A DNA stretch of 64,000 nt. Source: Eledone cirrhosa (Eukaryota). Location: positions 24,924,001 through 24,988,000 of the forward strand of contig OZ024756.1 in the NCBI GenBank assembly GCA_964016885.1, in the 5' to 3' direction. The stretch's first letter is position 1; each line of letters begins with the position of its first letter. Below are positions 15,742 through 29,151 of this stretch, one piece after another. The position numbers were made by a program, and so were the translations under genes. The notes under the pieces were generated by a model, which had not been told where the DNA came from, ran no database searches, and saw nothing but the letters and a program-made list of their open reading frames with translations.

Positions 15742-16044
15742 AGCTACTCGAGAGGGAGAGAGAGAGATGATAAAGTTATGTCTATGTAAATATGTATATA
15801 CATTTACACGTATTTAGAATGTAAACATGCAAAATATATGTAAATTGAAAATATGATAAAATGAAATAGTGAAAATATGATAAAATGGTATATTTAGCAT
15901 GTTTACATGTCTATATACAAAAAATGTGTCAATTTATCTACATATTTATGCAGTCTCGCACATACATAAATACGTACGTATACACGTATACGATATATAT
16001 ACAGTTATAACTTTATCGTATGTGTCGGTTGCATTGCGCACAAT

Positions 16045-16081
<37 letters not shown>

Positions 16082-16089
<8 letters not shown>

Positions 16090-16203
16090 ACAAATTTGTT
16101 TTAAATATTCAAGGATTTATAGCAGCAAATCCATGAGACGAGTCAAGTATAATTAGTTACAACCCAACGAAACTTAAGTACCTGTACATGTCACTGTTGT
16201 AAC

Positions 16204-16211
<8 letters not shown>
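16082..16211. mobile_element. Family C fragment with internal inversion, (TA)n-flanked
   Basis: Reverse complement of the 9118-9180 tail joined to CCAAC-GAAA-CTTAAG-TA-CCTGT; 16-bp inverted arms 16148-16163 and 16196-16211. Confidence 0.65.
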
Positions 16212-16240
<29 letters not shown>

Positions 16241-16490
16241 ATATATATTGACAGGAGAGAATCAAAAAGGAAAGGTAAATAGTTTAGGCAAAAGCAAACA
16301 AAAAAACATAACCGATAAACGTACTATGTGTGAGAGAGGCCTAATGTCCTATGAAAAAACGTCGGCCATAAATAAAAATAAAGCTATTTGTAAATCATGT
16401 GTCAGCTTACTGTGCTTTCTTCTGTTTCAATGTAGAGTTATCTTCCCCTTCATAGACAGCTTTTAGTGACCGACAGATGTGTTCCATTAC

Positions 16491-16505
16491 CTGCCTGCAC
16501 GTGGC
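16491..16505 (-). CDS. Candidate 15-nt microexon
   Basis: tttcttttttttttctcag|GCCACGTGCAGGCAG|gtaatg; frame-preserving, no stop in any frame, same strand as the host gene. Confidence 0.4.
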
Positions 16506-16794
16506 CTGAGAAAAAAAAAAGAAATACATCAGAAAAGATCAGAGGTTAAATGTCAACGGTTTGAGGTCAGCTAGCTAGTTGATAATGCGATAATTACAAG
16601 GGCTAAACAGTCAGTTATGAGAATGAAAACGTTTTTCTACATATTTTTTTTCTTACAGGGTGGTGATTTGATAATATCGGTACAACGTCAGATAAAATGC
16701 TTTGTGGTATTTAGTAATGACTTCCTACGTTCTCAGTTCAAATTTCGTCGAAGTCAACTTTGCCTTTCGTCTTTCCGAAGTCGATATCTCATAC

Positions 16795-17190
16795 CTAGGT
16801 AGGTTAGCCGGCTTTCTGTAAGGTTATATTTCATAGGAGGTTCTTGTTTGTTTTAATGGCGGGGGGCTCCTGTCCTATGATGTTGTTACGGTTCATACCT
16901 ATGTAGGTTTAGCTCGTCTCTTATGAGGTATCTTATAGGAGGTTTTGGGGTGTTTTATTGACAAGGGTTCGTGTATTATCATGTTACATCCCAAATCGAT
17001 GTGGGATTAGCTGACCTCCAATGAGGCTGTATCTCACAGGCAGTTTCTTGGATGTTCCAATGATAGGGGACCTAGTCCTATCATGTTGTTACAGCTCACA
17101 CTTGTGTAGTTTTAGCTGGTCTCCAATGAGATTGTATCTTATAGGAGGTTTCTCGGGTGTTTAAATGATAGGGCCCCTAGTCCTATCATG
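16795..17190. repeat. Degenerate ~100-bp tandem repeat (4 units) abutting a minus-strand SINE head
   Basis: Recurrent TTAGCT..TGAG..TATCT.ATAGGAGGTT..GATAGGG..CTAGTCCTATCATG. Confidence 0.7.
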
Positions 17191-17709
17191 AAAAGCAATG
17201 TGAAATGAAGCATTTTGCTAAAGAACCCATCACACTGCCTGGTACCAGAATCGAATTCATGACCTTATGCTTGTAAGTCCAACACCCTAATCTTAAGTTC
17301 ATATACCTTCTTATGGCTGGAGTAATTTGATAAGCAGTCTGCTCTAGTAAGGCTGACCTTGGGCTAAACAGTCAGTAATCAGAACAAGAATCTTTGTTTA
17401 CAATAAAGAGATTCTAACCTATTTTCTTCAGGAAATTGATGAGATGGTTCACTGTTTTCCACAGATAATCACCAAGATCCACACACACTACCATTATCAC
17501 ATATATACTAACATTACCACTCATACTTCACACAACACACACCATACTCTGCCACCACCAACACTAACCCCTTGTCATCACCAAGGTTACCATATCAATA
17601 GATTGATAGATCATTGATAAAAAGCTACAACGATTTTTTTTTTTTGTGTATGTGTAATTTCCTCTGTCATATATTTTCTATTTCCCCTCCTTATTTTTGT
17701 TTTGTGCAA

Positions 17710-18015
17710 CACATCAGAATGTCCATGGATCTTTCCAGCAGTACATCAGACTGACCTTGGATCTTTCCAGCAGCACATCACACTATACTTGGATTTTTTC
17801 AATAGAAAATCAGACCATCCTCGGATGTTTCCAGTAAAATATCGAACTGATCCTGAACAACTTCCAGTAAAACATTAGACCATACTAAGACTTTTCCAGT
17901 AAAATATCAGACCATCCTCAGATATTTCCAGTAGAATATTGAAATATCCTCAAATGTTTCCAGTAGAACATCGGACCATCCTCAGATGTTTCCAGCATCA
18001 TATCAGACTATCCTT
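17710..18015. repeat. ~32-bp minisatellite, ~9 units
   Basis: Recurrent TTTCCAGTA(G/A)AA(C/T)ATCAGACCATCCTCAGAT. Confidence 0.85.
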
Positions 18016-18591
18016 GTAGTAGTATATTAGTATTTTTTTCTACAAGAAGTTGTTGCTGTGGCCCCTCATTCAACCCTTTCCAAAGACAGATACACAAAGA
18101 ATGGTCTGCCATGACCTTTTTCACCATCATCATCATCATTTAACATTTATTTGGTAATTTGGCAGCGTTGGTTAGAGCATTGGATTGAATGCCTTGTGTA
18201 TTTATTCTCATTCTCTGCACCCTGAGTTCAAATCCCACCAAGGTCGATTTTGCTCTTCATTTATTCAGGGCCAATAAAATACCAATCCAGGGGTGGAGAA
18301 TTGGGGAAATATGTAAAAATTGTCCGACAAAATACTTTGCTGTATCTGTTCCAGTTCAATATGTTCTGAGTTCAAATTCCACCTCCTGTCACTACAGAAG
18401 TGGAGATGTTTCTACCAGGAACCCCTTCTACAGCAGGCTGGCCTCTTGATAGAAGTAATTGGCCTAAAAGACTGACAGATAGCACACCCCTTCCCCAGCT
18501 GGCTGGCCTCTTGTGGTAAGTAATTGGCCTAAAAGCTCATCATAAACATTCTGAAATATATTCATGGCAGTTCATATTCTGATATAAGTAA

Positions 18592-19368
18592 TAATAATTG
18601 TTTCTACTTTTGGCACAAGGCCAGCAATTATCCCAGTGTATTACTGGTACTTTATTTTATCGACCCCGTAAGGATGAAAGGCAAAGTTAACCTCGGCGGG
18701 ATTTGAACTCAGACCATAAAGGGCCGTAACTCTTTGCTACAAAGCATGGCGTCAGACCCTCTACCGATACTGCCAATCCACAAGTAATAATAATGGTTTC
18801 TGATTTCAGAGCATTTATGTATTACTAGTGCTTTATTTTATGAACGCTGTAAGGATGAAAGGCAAAGCTAACCTTGATGGGATTTGAAATCAGAATGTAA
18901 AGGAGTATAACTATATGCTGCATTTCATACTGTCCGATGCTCTTCCGATTCTGCCAATCTGTACCCTATATGTAAGCAGTAATAATGGTTTCTGATTTAG
19001 ATATAAGACACACAATTACTGGTACTTTACTTTATTTTATCAACCCTGTAACGATGAAAAGCAAAGCTAACCTCGGCAGGATTTGAACATGAGCCATAAC
19101 TATAAGTCGCAAAGCATGCTGTTCGATGCTCTACCAATCTACCATCCTATATGTAAGCAGTAATAATCTATATTATAATTGTTTCTACTTTTGGTACAAG
19201 GCCAGCTAATACACCAGTGTATTACTGGTACTTTATTTTATCGACCCCGTAAGGATGAAAGGCAAAGTTAAACTCGGCAGGATTTGAACTCAGAATGGCA
19301 AGGGCCGTAACTCAATGCGTCAAAGCATAGCGTCCGACCCTCTACCGATACTGCCAATCCACCGCCCT
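18592..19368 (-). mobile_element. Four head-to-tail SINE family A copies
   Basis: Units at ~18592-18781, 18790-18965, 18985-19145 and 19176-19368; spacer CTATATGTAAGCAGTAATAAT occurs twice. Confidence 0.88.
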
Positions 19369-20014
19369 ATTATAATCTATATTATAATAAAAGCGGAGTC
19401 TGTCTGTCTGTCTGTCTGTCCGTCATGCTCACTTGAGAGAGAAATGGGAACACCTTGTGTTTTCAAGGTGACAAAAAACAATTAAGCAGAGTGTGGGGAT
19501 AGTGAGGCATCAGTAAAAATAAATACCAGTTATGTACTGGCGTCAACACAATTAATCATATTATAACTGCATATCCCAGTGCAAAACATAATGTTCTTCC
19601 AATGCATGGAAATCAGTATTGATTGCTTTTAGTGGTACAATTAAAAAAAAAAGCTGGCCTAATTTTTATCAATAAATTTTATGGTTTTACAGAAACAAAA
19701 ACACTATAAGTTGCGATACACAATTTAAAATAAAACAACCAAACCAAAATCACAAAGAAACGAAAAATTGAAGAAAAAAATACAATGCAATAAAAGATAT
19801 GTTGAAATTTTTCGTAAATATTTCTTAAAGAAATTTCTTTTTTTTTTTTTTGCTATTTTTGCATGTTCGATTTTATGACATGTTGCAATTGATGTTCATA
19901 ATAGTTAATAAATAGCAGGTGTTTTTTTTTTTGTTTTTTTTTTGTTTTTTTCGAGGAGGGGGGGGTCTAATGCTGCTATATCTTTATTCTCTCTCTTTCT
20001 CATATATATACATA

Positions 20015-20292
20015 CATATATATATATATATACATGCACATATACATATATATATATATATACATGCACATATACATATATACATATATATATATACATA
20101 TATATACACACATATATATATATACATATATATATACACAAATATATACATATATATATACACAAATATATACATATATACACACATATATATACATATA
20201 TATACACATATATATATATATATATACATATATATATACATATATACATATATATATATACACACACATATATATATACATATATATATATA
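20015..20292. repeat. Interrupted (TA)n/(TACA)n microsatellite
   Basis: Direct reading. Confidence 0.95.
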
Positions 20293-20411
20293 ATCATTAT
20301 TTCATGTTTCTATAACTATGTTCTGTAGTCATTTATTGTTTCCATACATTACAACATACAAAAAAAAAAAAAAAAAAAATAATATTTTTTAAAATTATAA
20401 TATATTACATT

Positions 20412-21090
20412 ATCATCATCATCGTCGTTTGACGTCCATTTCCCATGCTAGCATGGGTTAGACGAGTTGTCCCATCTGAGGCAAGTCAGGAGAGGTGACC
20501 ATGTCTTGCTCATACAGAACTGTTTCTGGCTTGGGTTTTGTGGCTGGATGCTCTTCCTAACACCAACCACATTTACAGAGGTGCTGGGTGCTTTTTGTTG
20601 TGACACGTACACGACCACTTTACAATGTGGGCTGGATGCTTTTTATAATGGCACCAAGACAATCTATTGTGTAGACTGGGGACTTTGGTGTTGGGAGATA
20701 GGTATAGGGGTGTGTGTGACGGGTGGAATGTTAGGATGTGAGAGGTGTATCAAAAGAGGGGTGGAAGTGAAGGTGGTGCAAACTATATGTATACTTCAGC
20801 CTGTACTCGTGGGAAAGAAGGTCTTCTGTATTAGTGCATAACGCCAGAGATCTTGGTCCTGTGTCATCAACTTTGAAAGGTGCAATTGAGCAAGGTCAGT
20901 TTTTATCACATCATCATCATCATCATCGTTTAACGTCCATATTCCACGCTTGCATGGGTTTGGACGGGAGTTTTCCCACTTGAAGCAAGAGTGGTGGTTG
21001 TCTTGCTCGCATAGGACTGCCTGGCGGGTTTTCTACGGTTGGATGCCCTTCCTAACACCAACCACATTTACAGTGTGGAACTGGGTTTTC
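20412..21090 (-). mobile_element. Two SINE family B 3' portions (20412-20660 and 20910-21085)
   Basis: (CAT)n tail then CTTCCTAACACCAACCACATTTACAG. Confidence 0.8.
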
Positions 21091-21109
21091 CTACTCAATA
21101 GCTTACATC

Positions 21110-21610
21110 AACTTTGAGCACTCTGCACCTTTTTATACAGCTGTCTTCCTTCATACACATCACATGTCCATACCAATGCAATCTTTTCTCTTACACACTG
21201 CATCTCATCCCTTTTATGCCTAGTTTCTCTCTCAGTTCATTTATGCTTTGCAGTTCATGTATATTACTATTACACATCCATCAGAGCATGCAGCTTTTGT
21301 TTCTTTCTAATCTTCACAGGTCCTCTGCACACAGTGCCCAGGTCTCACTAATGTGCAACATTGTTGTTCATATACATCTGACCTTCATTTTGAGGAAAAA
21401 AAAACTTTTGTAGCTAACAGCGGTAGTAGCTCCGTGGACTTTCTCGATCCCGTTCTTACTCTGGCTACGTTACTTTCAGAACACATTCCTCCACTGCTAT
21501 TTTGGTCACCTAGATAACAGAAACTGTCAACTATTTATACAGAGCCCTCTTATCATTTGAAGGAGCTAGTATCATGTGGGCTCTTGTTACTTACTGCGCC
21601 TGTGCATTCG
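21110..21610 (-). pseudogene. Decayed RTE-clade LINE ORF2 C-terminal fragment
   Basis: Minus strand VDSFCYLGDQ, ARVRTGSRKSTELLPLLA, ETWALCAEDL; homologous to 55110-55600. Confidence 0.8.
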
Positions 21611-21837
21611 CTGCATTATATATATATATATTTTTTTTTTTACTTTTCTTTTGACATATTTTTATTGAAATTGTTCTATATTTTATACATTTGCTGATTG
21701 TTAGTATTGATTGTTATCAAAGCTTATAAAAAGCTTCTTGTTTTTTATATTATGCATATAAAAATTTATCTATATATAGTGAGAGAGAAAGAGAGATATG
21801 TATATATAGATGTACATATATGTATGTATTTGTGTGA

Positions 21838-21889
<52 letters not shown>

Positions 21890-22217
21890 GTATGTGTGAA
21901 TGTACACATACATTCATATAAATCAAGCATTGAAACCTTTTTGCAACTTCATTTTTTGTTGTCTGTTATTTTATTCTAATTTCTACCGGATATTCTTATA
22001 TATATATATCAAAACACACAAGAAACTATATATAATGCACAACATACTATATTTAGATATATATTCTCATATTTTTGTAATGATTATCTCATTCATGTAG
22101 ACTATTTGACTAGTATAGAAAAAAAATAGCAACAAAGAAGATGGAGTATTTAATGGGAAATAGCTGTCCTATCAGCTGTTGCAATTGTTATATATACATA
22201 CATACATATATATATAT

Positions 22218-22258
<41 letters not shown>

Positions 22259-22809
22259 CATCATCATCATCATCATCTTCGTTTAACGTCCATCTTCCAC
22301 GCTAGCATACATATACATATTCATATATACATACATATACATATAATCATAGATATACATATATACATACATATATAGATATACATATATACATACATAT
22401 ACATACATAATTTGAGATGTGAATATCTGAGTAACTACATGTCCTAGGCAAACAAATTTAAATAGACTTCATGTTGAACAATACAAGATTTCTTCATCAA
22501 AATTCGATAGATTTTATAACCGATTTCACAAAGCTTCACAAATGTTCAATATGTGCCCCGCCTGTAACATGACACACGGTATAGTAAATTAAATTAAGCT
22601 CTTAAACTTTTTCATACTAAACATTTAGAAACCCTGAAACTACCTCTGGTTCTATGATAACAAATCTGTTGAGTAACACTTGTTGATAAAACTGTTGTGC
22701 ACAGGACCTGGCATGGAAACTGTTCCAGTTTGGGTCTATATATTGTACCCACACTAAGCCATTTAGCTACTAATTAACGAATTATGTCCCCGCTAAATTG
22801 CTAGTTCAT

Positions 22810-23280
22810 ATTGCTTCCCTGGGCATGGATACATTGAAGCTCCAACGTCTGGCAACTGACTTGGTAAACACCCACAAAATTATTAACCATCTTGCCAACA
22901 ACAACCCTGAGTACCTTTTTGATTTCCATGTGTCTAACACACGTGGGCACACCAACAAAGTCAGAAAACAGCACAGCTCCCATGACTTTTGGAAACATTT
23001 TTTCACGTTTAGAGTTGCTGAAGCATGGAACAAACTACCTGCATCAGTTATTAGCTGCCAAGACACTGCATCCTTTAAAACCTCCATGCTTCCTGAGATT
23101 CGCCAACACTACACCTAATATTCCCCCTCCATACACACACACACATGTATATCATGACTCATACACTATTCACTTCCCTGACATTTGTATATTATTCTAT
23201 GTACCATACATGCATCTTTGATAAGTTGTAGTGCACCTGAACACTGTACACAATAATTCCATTATTATTATTATTATTAT
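22810..23280 (+). mobile_element. CR1-like LINE 3' fragment (single 3' end)
   Basis: ASLGMDTLKLQRL..NTRGH..FFTFRVAEAWNKLP then (ATT)n. Confidence 0.88.
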
Positions 23281-23597
23281 ATTCACAACATACCATTTTT
23301 GTAAATTCATCGAGTAGATAGATAGCAGCCATAGCTAAACAGATTATAAAGAGATAACTTTATTAAACTTAAAATCTTCCAAACACCAAAGAAAGTTATA
23401 TTACTTGAAAATAATAAAGAATTGAAAATAATTGCAGAAGCTACTGAGAAAATATATGTGTGTGCATTCAAGCACTTGCATGTGTGTGCGCACACACACA
23501 CGCACACTTAGACACAGAGGCATGTGTCAGTGGTTAAAAAGTTTGCTTTGCCATGACATTGTTCCCACTATAGCATCTTGGGCAAGTTTCTTCAAAA

Positions 23598-23713
23598 ATA
23601 ATTGTTTCTACTTTTGGCACAAGGCTAGCAATTACCCCAGTGCATTACTGGTACTTTATTTTATCGACCCCGTAAGGATGAAATGCAAAGTTACCTTCGG
23701 CAGGATTAGAACT
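23598..23713 (-). mobile_element. SINE family A, truncated
   Basis: Core and tail match family A. Confidence 0.85.
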
Positions 23714-23744
23714 CATCTAAAATAATATCCTCAGATTGATGAAT

Positions 23745-24054
23745 GCTTTGGTGATGAAATTTACTCGGCGACTAAACCGGCTCCCTCACCAGACGCAGGT
23801 CTGGTGAGGGAGGGAGGTGGAATACCAGCAGCACAAAAAACGAGCTGTTAAAAGGGCAGATAAATTCTTCAGTCAACGGGCATCCACCCCCAACTATTGG
23901 TTAAATGGTTGGGGGTGGATAGCCTCACCAACCCACAATTAGTCAAGCATGGTGAGTACAGCTACACCCCTGACATGACCAAAACCAAAGAGAAAGTGGT
24001 GGAAGTCAACCAGGGAGGGGTACCTCCAACTGGAGTGAGGAGGCTCTAGATTGG
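23745..24054 (+). mobile_element. RTE-type 5' UTR fragment with two strong hairpins
   Basis: GGCGACTAAAC.GGC, AAAGGGCA and AGTCAA.GG.CATCC shared with the minus strand of 28040-28194; hairpins CTCCCTCACCAGAC/GTCTGGTGAGGGAG and ATCCACCCCCAAC/GTTGGGGGTGGAT. Confidence 0.65.
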
Positions 24055-24073
24055 ATATATATCTATATATATA

Positions 24074-24210
24074 GTAATAATAATAAATGTGAAGACTAAA
24101 ATCCAAAGAGGGCTCGATAAGGATAAATATATATCAAATATATAAGAACCCTAGAGCAAATATTTATTAAAATAACAGATTAAACATTAATCTGTTATTT
24201 TAATAAATAT
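24074..24210 (-). mobile_element. Family D copy with a 24-bp fold-back
   Basis: Reverse complement of 12748-12848; arms 24160-24183 and 24187-24210; TA flanks. Confidence 0.8.
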
Positions 24211-25079
24211 ATATATATATTACACACACACACAAATATATATCATCACCATTTTACATCTATCTTGCATGTGTCTCTGTCAATGTTTATATGTATGTGT
24301 CTGTCTACGTGTATGTGTGTATGCAGAACAACCCACAATTTTCTTTGTTCTCTGTAATCGATCTAAAACGTTGGTATATCTTTCATTACTGTAGAATTAG
24401 AAGAAATACAAGATGGAGAGTGTCCAGTTACCTCCCCTCTCTCGGACGCTGCTCTTCTCAAGGAAGTAGACATGTGTCTTTGGCAGTCATTTAATGAACA
24501 TTTAAATACCTACATTTCATTCACTGCATACAACATATTTCATACATTTTTATCCATACACCTGTACATACTTGATATATGTATTTCAATCTGTTGGCCT
24601 ATAATCAATATTTCACTATCCTTATCAATCTGTCTATCCACCTATCAATCAACTTATAACTGTCTATCTAACTATGTCTGTTTGTCTATCTATCTGACTA
24701 AAGAAACATATCTGACTAAATAAATGGACTATCTGTCTGACCGTGTCTATCGCTTAGTCTATTCTATCTATTTATCTGTCTAACTGTGTCTATCCTTTAG
24801 TCTATTCTATATATTTGACTGTCTGTTTGACTATCTATCTACAATTTATTTTTGTTATATTTTATATCTTATATTTTTATATTTTGCTATTGAGGACGCC
24901 TTTTTATGTAAACTCCCTCCATTGTACTTGTCCCACTCTCTGACGCCCTGGTGGCAAATAAAAAGAAAGTTATCTACCTACTTACATATTTAGCTATCTG
25001 TCTATATATCTATCAATCTGCCTGCCTGACCATCTACTTTCAGATATACATATATATAAATTGATGTATGTATGTATAT

Positions 25080-25131
<52 letters not shown>

Positions 25132-25231
25132 GAAGCTAGATATGTGACGTTAGTCACTACCTTAAATTCATAGCGAAAGGCCTTCAAAATGTTTTTAAAT
25201 ACAGTATATTATTAAATATACAATACCCACA

Positions 25232-25282
<51 letters not shown>

Positions 25283-25532
25283 ATATATATATGAATGTGT
25301 CTCTCTCTGTATATATATTCATATATATATATATATATGAATATATATACAGAGAGAGACACACACAAACGTGTATATATGAATTGATCTGACTATTGAT
25401 GTAGTCATTTGTTTATGTAGTTAACTATCAACATATTGATTTATGTACATGTGTGTGTATGTATGTGTGGGTGTGTGTGTATATGTATGTATATGTGTGT
25501 GTGTATGCATGTATACCTGTGTATGTATGTGC

Positions 25533-25567
<35 letters not shown>

Positions 25568-25573
<6 letters not shown>

Positions 25574-25840
25574 TAACAGATTAAAGTTTAAGCAAAGAAT
25601 CGCTGCTTTCACCCTTAACGGGATCTTCTGAAACTAAAAAAAATCAATCTGTGAACGCAGAAGTAAATATTTCGAAAAACGTTGCAACCGAAGGAAAACC
25701 GGAAGACGATACTTTGGTTCGTGAAGATGTTCCCTGGCAATGAACGGAATAAAGCGAGGATAAAACGTTGTTATGTGGAGCGATGAGAACAAATACACGC
25801 AAAGACAAAACCACGTTTATGGTATAAATGATGTCGTAGA

Positions 25841-25842
<2 letters not shown>
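25568..25842 (-). mobile_element. Family D copy with additional upstream sequence, (TA)n on both sides
   Basis: 25568-25640 matches 12592-12668 and carries the CAGAAGA..GAAA fold on the minus strand. Confidence 0.75.
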
Positions 25843-25912
<70 letters not shown>

Positions 25913-26304
25913 TATATATATGTGTATATATTTATAAATGCATACAAGGGCCGACTGAAGAGTTCACAGGCTGACTATGAAGAAGTGATGCTAGAGCTGT
26001 GGTACATCTTGCGTGCATTAATTTCAACTCTTCTTATTAATAACTGCATTGTTTCTGTCCAGAGACTACGGTATGTTGAAAAATAAACCTCATTAGGTCA
26101 TTCCATGAGAGTATCTTGGTCATCCTATGAACGTTTGTGTGTGTGTCAGTGTGTATTCATATATATGCATGATTGTTTTAGCTTGTGTGTATATGAGCAT
26201 GTAAACCTGTTACAGTCTACATATCTGTATGTTCGTGTTTGTAAATATGTGTACAAATATGTTTATGGGCACATTTTTGAATAAGTATGCTTATATTTGC
26301 ATGT

Positions 26305-26638
26305 ATAATAATGAAATTATTGTGTACAGTGCTCAGGTGCACTACAACTCATCAAAGGTGCATGTATAGTACATAGAATAATGTACAAATGTCAGGAAAA
26401 TAAACAGTGTATGAGTCATGATATAATAACAATAACAATAATGAAATATTGTGCACAGTGCCCAGGTGCACCACAACCCATCAAAAAAGTGCATGTACAG
26501 TACATAGGGCAATGCATAATCATCAGTAAAATGAACAGTGCACGAGTCATGATACACACATGTGTGCATGTGTATGGAAGGGGCACATCAGGTGTAGTTT
26601 TGGCGTATTTCGGGAAGCATGAGTGTCTTAAAGGATGC
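26305..26638 (-). mobile_element. CR1-like 3' fragment with duplicated 3' terminus
   Basis: Near-identical to 14903-15221. Confidence 0.88.
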
Positions 26639-26937
26639 ATAATGAAGAATCTTTTTCACTGAGTGTATATATGAGAGAGAGAGAGTGCATGTGTGTGTGT
26701 GTGCGTGTGTACGTGCTTGAGTTGGTGAAAGCTTTTCTTTCTGTTTCATCTCTCATAACACACACACATAAATATATACATGTATGTATGCATGTATGTA
26801 TGCATGTGCGTGTGTGTAAGCTATAATGTATATCAACATGAACTAAGTCAGTGAACTCAGTAACATGTAGAGTATATATTAGTACAGTACATGATGGAAT
26901 ATGATGGTATCATATTCTAGCCTCCATGTACTGTACC

Positions 26938-26977
<40 letters not shown>

Positions 26978-27049
26978 AGTATGTGTATGTGTGTGTGTGT
27001 GTGTGTGTGTATGAGAGAGAGAAAGAAAGAGAATGTGTATATATATATA

Positions 27050-27350
27050 TATGACAGACTTGTAATAATATATACATACACACCACACACCAATGTATAT
27101 ATATGACAGACAAGTAGTAATATTTATACACACACCAATGTCTGTATATGACAGACTTGTAATAATACATACATACACACAACACACTAATGTATATATA
27201 TGACAGACAAATAGTAATATATATACACACCAATGTCTGTATATGACAGACTTGTAATAATATATACATACACACCACACACCAATGTATATATATGACA
27301 GACAAGTAGTAATATATATATATACACCAACGTCTGTATATGACAGACTA
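27050..27350. repeat. ~96-bp dimeric minisatellite, 3 units
   Basis: GACAGACTTGTAATAAT at ~27053, 27150 and 27245 alternating with GACAGACAA(G/A)TAGTAAT. Confidence 0.9.
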
Positions 27351-27643
27351 GCAGTAATACTGTTTGCTACCTGTTATGGTACATTCTGGAAAATTGCCAA
27401 TTATTTTTCACAGTAACCACATTATATCTTTGAGCTTTACTTAGTCTTTTATCATTGCTGTTGTTGTTGTTGTTATTGTTGTCGATGGTGGTGTTATTGT
27501 TTTATAGTTACATATTTTAAGTTTCAGTTTCCTTCTTTTTCTCCTCTTCATCTTCATCATCATCATCATCATCATCACTACCACCACTACAGTAGCAGTA
27601 ACAACACCTCCACCACTACCAGCAATATCATATATACATACAT

Positions 27644-28194
27644 GGTGGCTGCCAACTCGTTTTCGAGTACGGCCACTACTTTATATCCATGTAGGAGAAC
27701 CCCTACCGATGCGCTGAACGAGTGTGACTTTTTAGTCCAGCCAGCGACTTGAAAACTCTAGTACAAACACTACACCTGTGACAATTATTGACACATAGTG
27801 CTGGGCCCATGGTACCATGTGACGACAAGTGCAGAGAGATCTCCAGATATAAAGCAATGCCTGTGCCGTGAAACGTTTATAGTGAGCAAAGGCACTGCAC
27901 AAAGCCAGTCCCACTCTCTTAACCAAGATGATATTTACCAAAAAGAAGAACAAGTCAACATCATTGGATACCATCAGGGTTGCAGGTGTTATATCAGAGT
28001 TTTCCTTCTCCTAGAATTCTGCCTTGACAAAGGCTAAGGGGTCATCTCTCCCTGTGATTTTGGATGGCCATTGACTCGTAAGAGCTCCTTTGCCCTTTGA
28101 CAGGTTTTGTTTTTAGTCCTGCAGGATGTCCAAAGTCACCCTCCTCACCAAGAAACCTTGGTGGGGTTGCCAGTTTAGTCGCCAACAACCTGAC
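27644..28194 (-). mobile_element. Apparently full-length ~550-bp bipartite RTE-derived non-autonomous element
   Basis: RTE-like 5' UTR motifs (GGCGACTAAAC, CTAGGAGAAGGAAAACTCTGA) joined to a C2H2-like ORF end and 3' UTR; CATA repeats on both sides; no RT sequence. Confidence 0.7.
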
Positions 28195-28227
28195 CATACA
28201 TACATACATACATACATATACACATAC

Positions 28228-28388
28228 CTTAAACGTGGTTGGTGTTAGGAAGGGCATCCAGCCATAGAAAACCTGCCAGAAATAGTCCTATACGAGCAAG
28301 ACACAGTCACCCGATCAATCTTGCTTCAAGTGGGACAATTCCCGTCTAACCCATGCTAGCATGGAAGATAGACGTTAAACGATGATGA
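28228..28388 (+). mobile_element. SINE family B 3' portion
   Basis: GGTGTTAGGAAGGGCATCCAG ... CCCGTCTAACCCATGCTAGC. Confidence 0.8.
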
Positions 28389-28519
28389 ATTAAATATACT
28401 ATATATATATATATATATATACATAAATATATATAGTATATTTAATTCAATTTCATACACTTAACATGTATGCATGACCTTAGGTTTCAAGGTCCAGTTA
28501 TAGCCATCACAGTATAGTA

Positions 28520-29030
28520 GAGGAATCATTCTAATACTGGCCATTCATCAGGTGCTAGGACAAAATTTTGTCCTGAACTTTTTCCATCCTGTCCTTAATC
28601 TGGCAACTGTACTTTCTGAGCTCCCAGCTCCACTGCTAATTTGGTTTCCCAGGTACCAGAAACTATCATCTAGTTTTACAGAGCCCTCTGTGCATTTAAA
28701 AGAACTTGTTTCCTGAGGGCTTTTGCTTACTGCCTCTGTATAACGTCTACATATGAAATCTATGTTCTTTGATAACCTGCCTGAGTTCCTGATACATCTC
28801 TTGTGTACCCATAATTTTCATTTGGGACACAGAATGAAGTTTCTGCCTACTCCTTCCCTGCACACTGAGCCGGGCCATTTCCTGAGGGGATCAGGGCCCT
28901 GTTTTCCTTTCAACTCATTAGGATGCTGGTATTTGCCAAGTTGACTTTATGGACTTTTGTTTCCAAGCTATGCCTTCATGTCTGAAATTTCTTCACTAAT
29001 TCTGTCATAGATTCAGCTATGAGGGTCAGA
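28520..29030 (-). pseudogene. Decayed RTE-clade LINE fragment
   Basis: Minus strand TKVHKVNLA, a degenerate Cys-rich insert and DSFWYLGNQISSG. Confidence 0.7.
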
Positions 29031-29042
29031 TTGTCAGATATA

Positions 29043-29117
29043 CAGATGTCCCCAAAAAATATATATACACTTCAACAGAATTCTAATAAATATGTGTATA
29101 CATTTTGGGGGGACATC

Positions 29118-29120
<3 letters not shown>
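29043..29120. mobile_element. 78-bp Tc1/mariner-like mini-MITE
   Basis: TA|CAGATGTCCCCAAAA..TATACAC / GTGTATACATTTTGGGGGGACATCCTG|TA. Confidence 0.75.

Positions 29121-29151
<31 letters not shown>

Noticed and set aside
17432-17570. Plus-strand acceptor (ctaac..ttttcttcag) suggesting an antisense exon
   Set aside because: No partner exons or homology; such signals arise by chance in AT-rich DNA.
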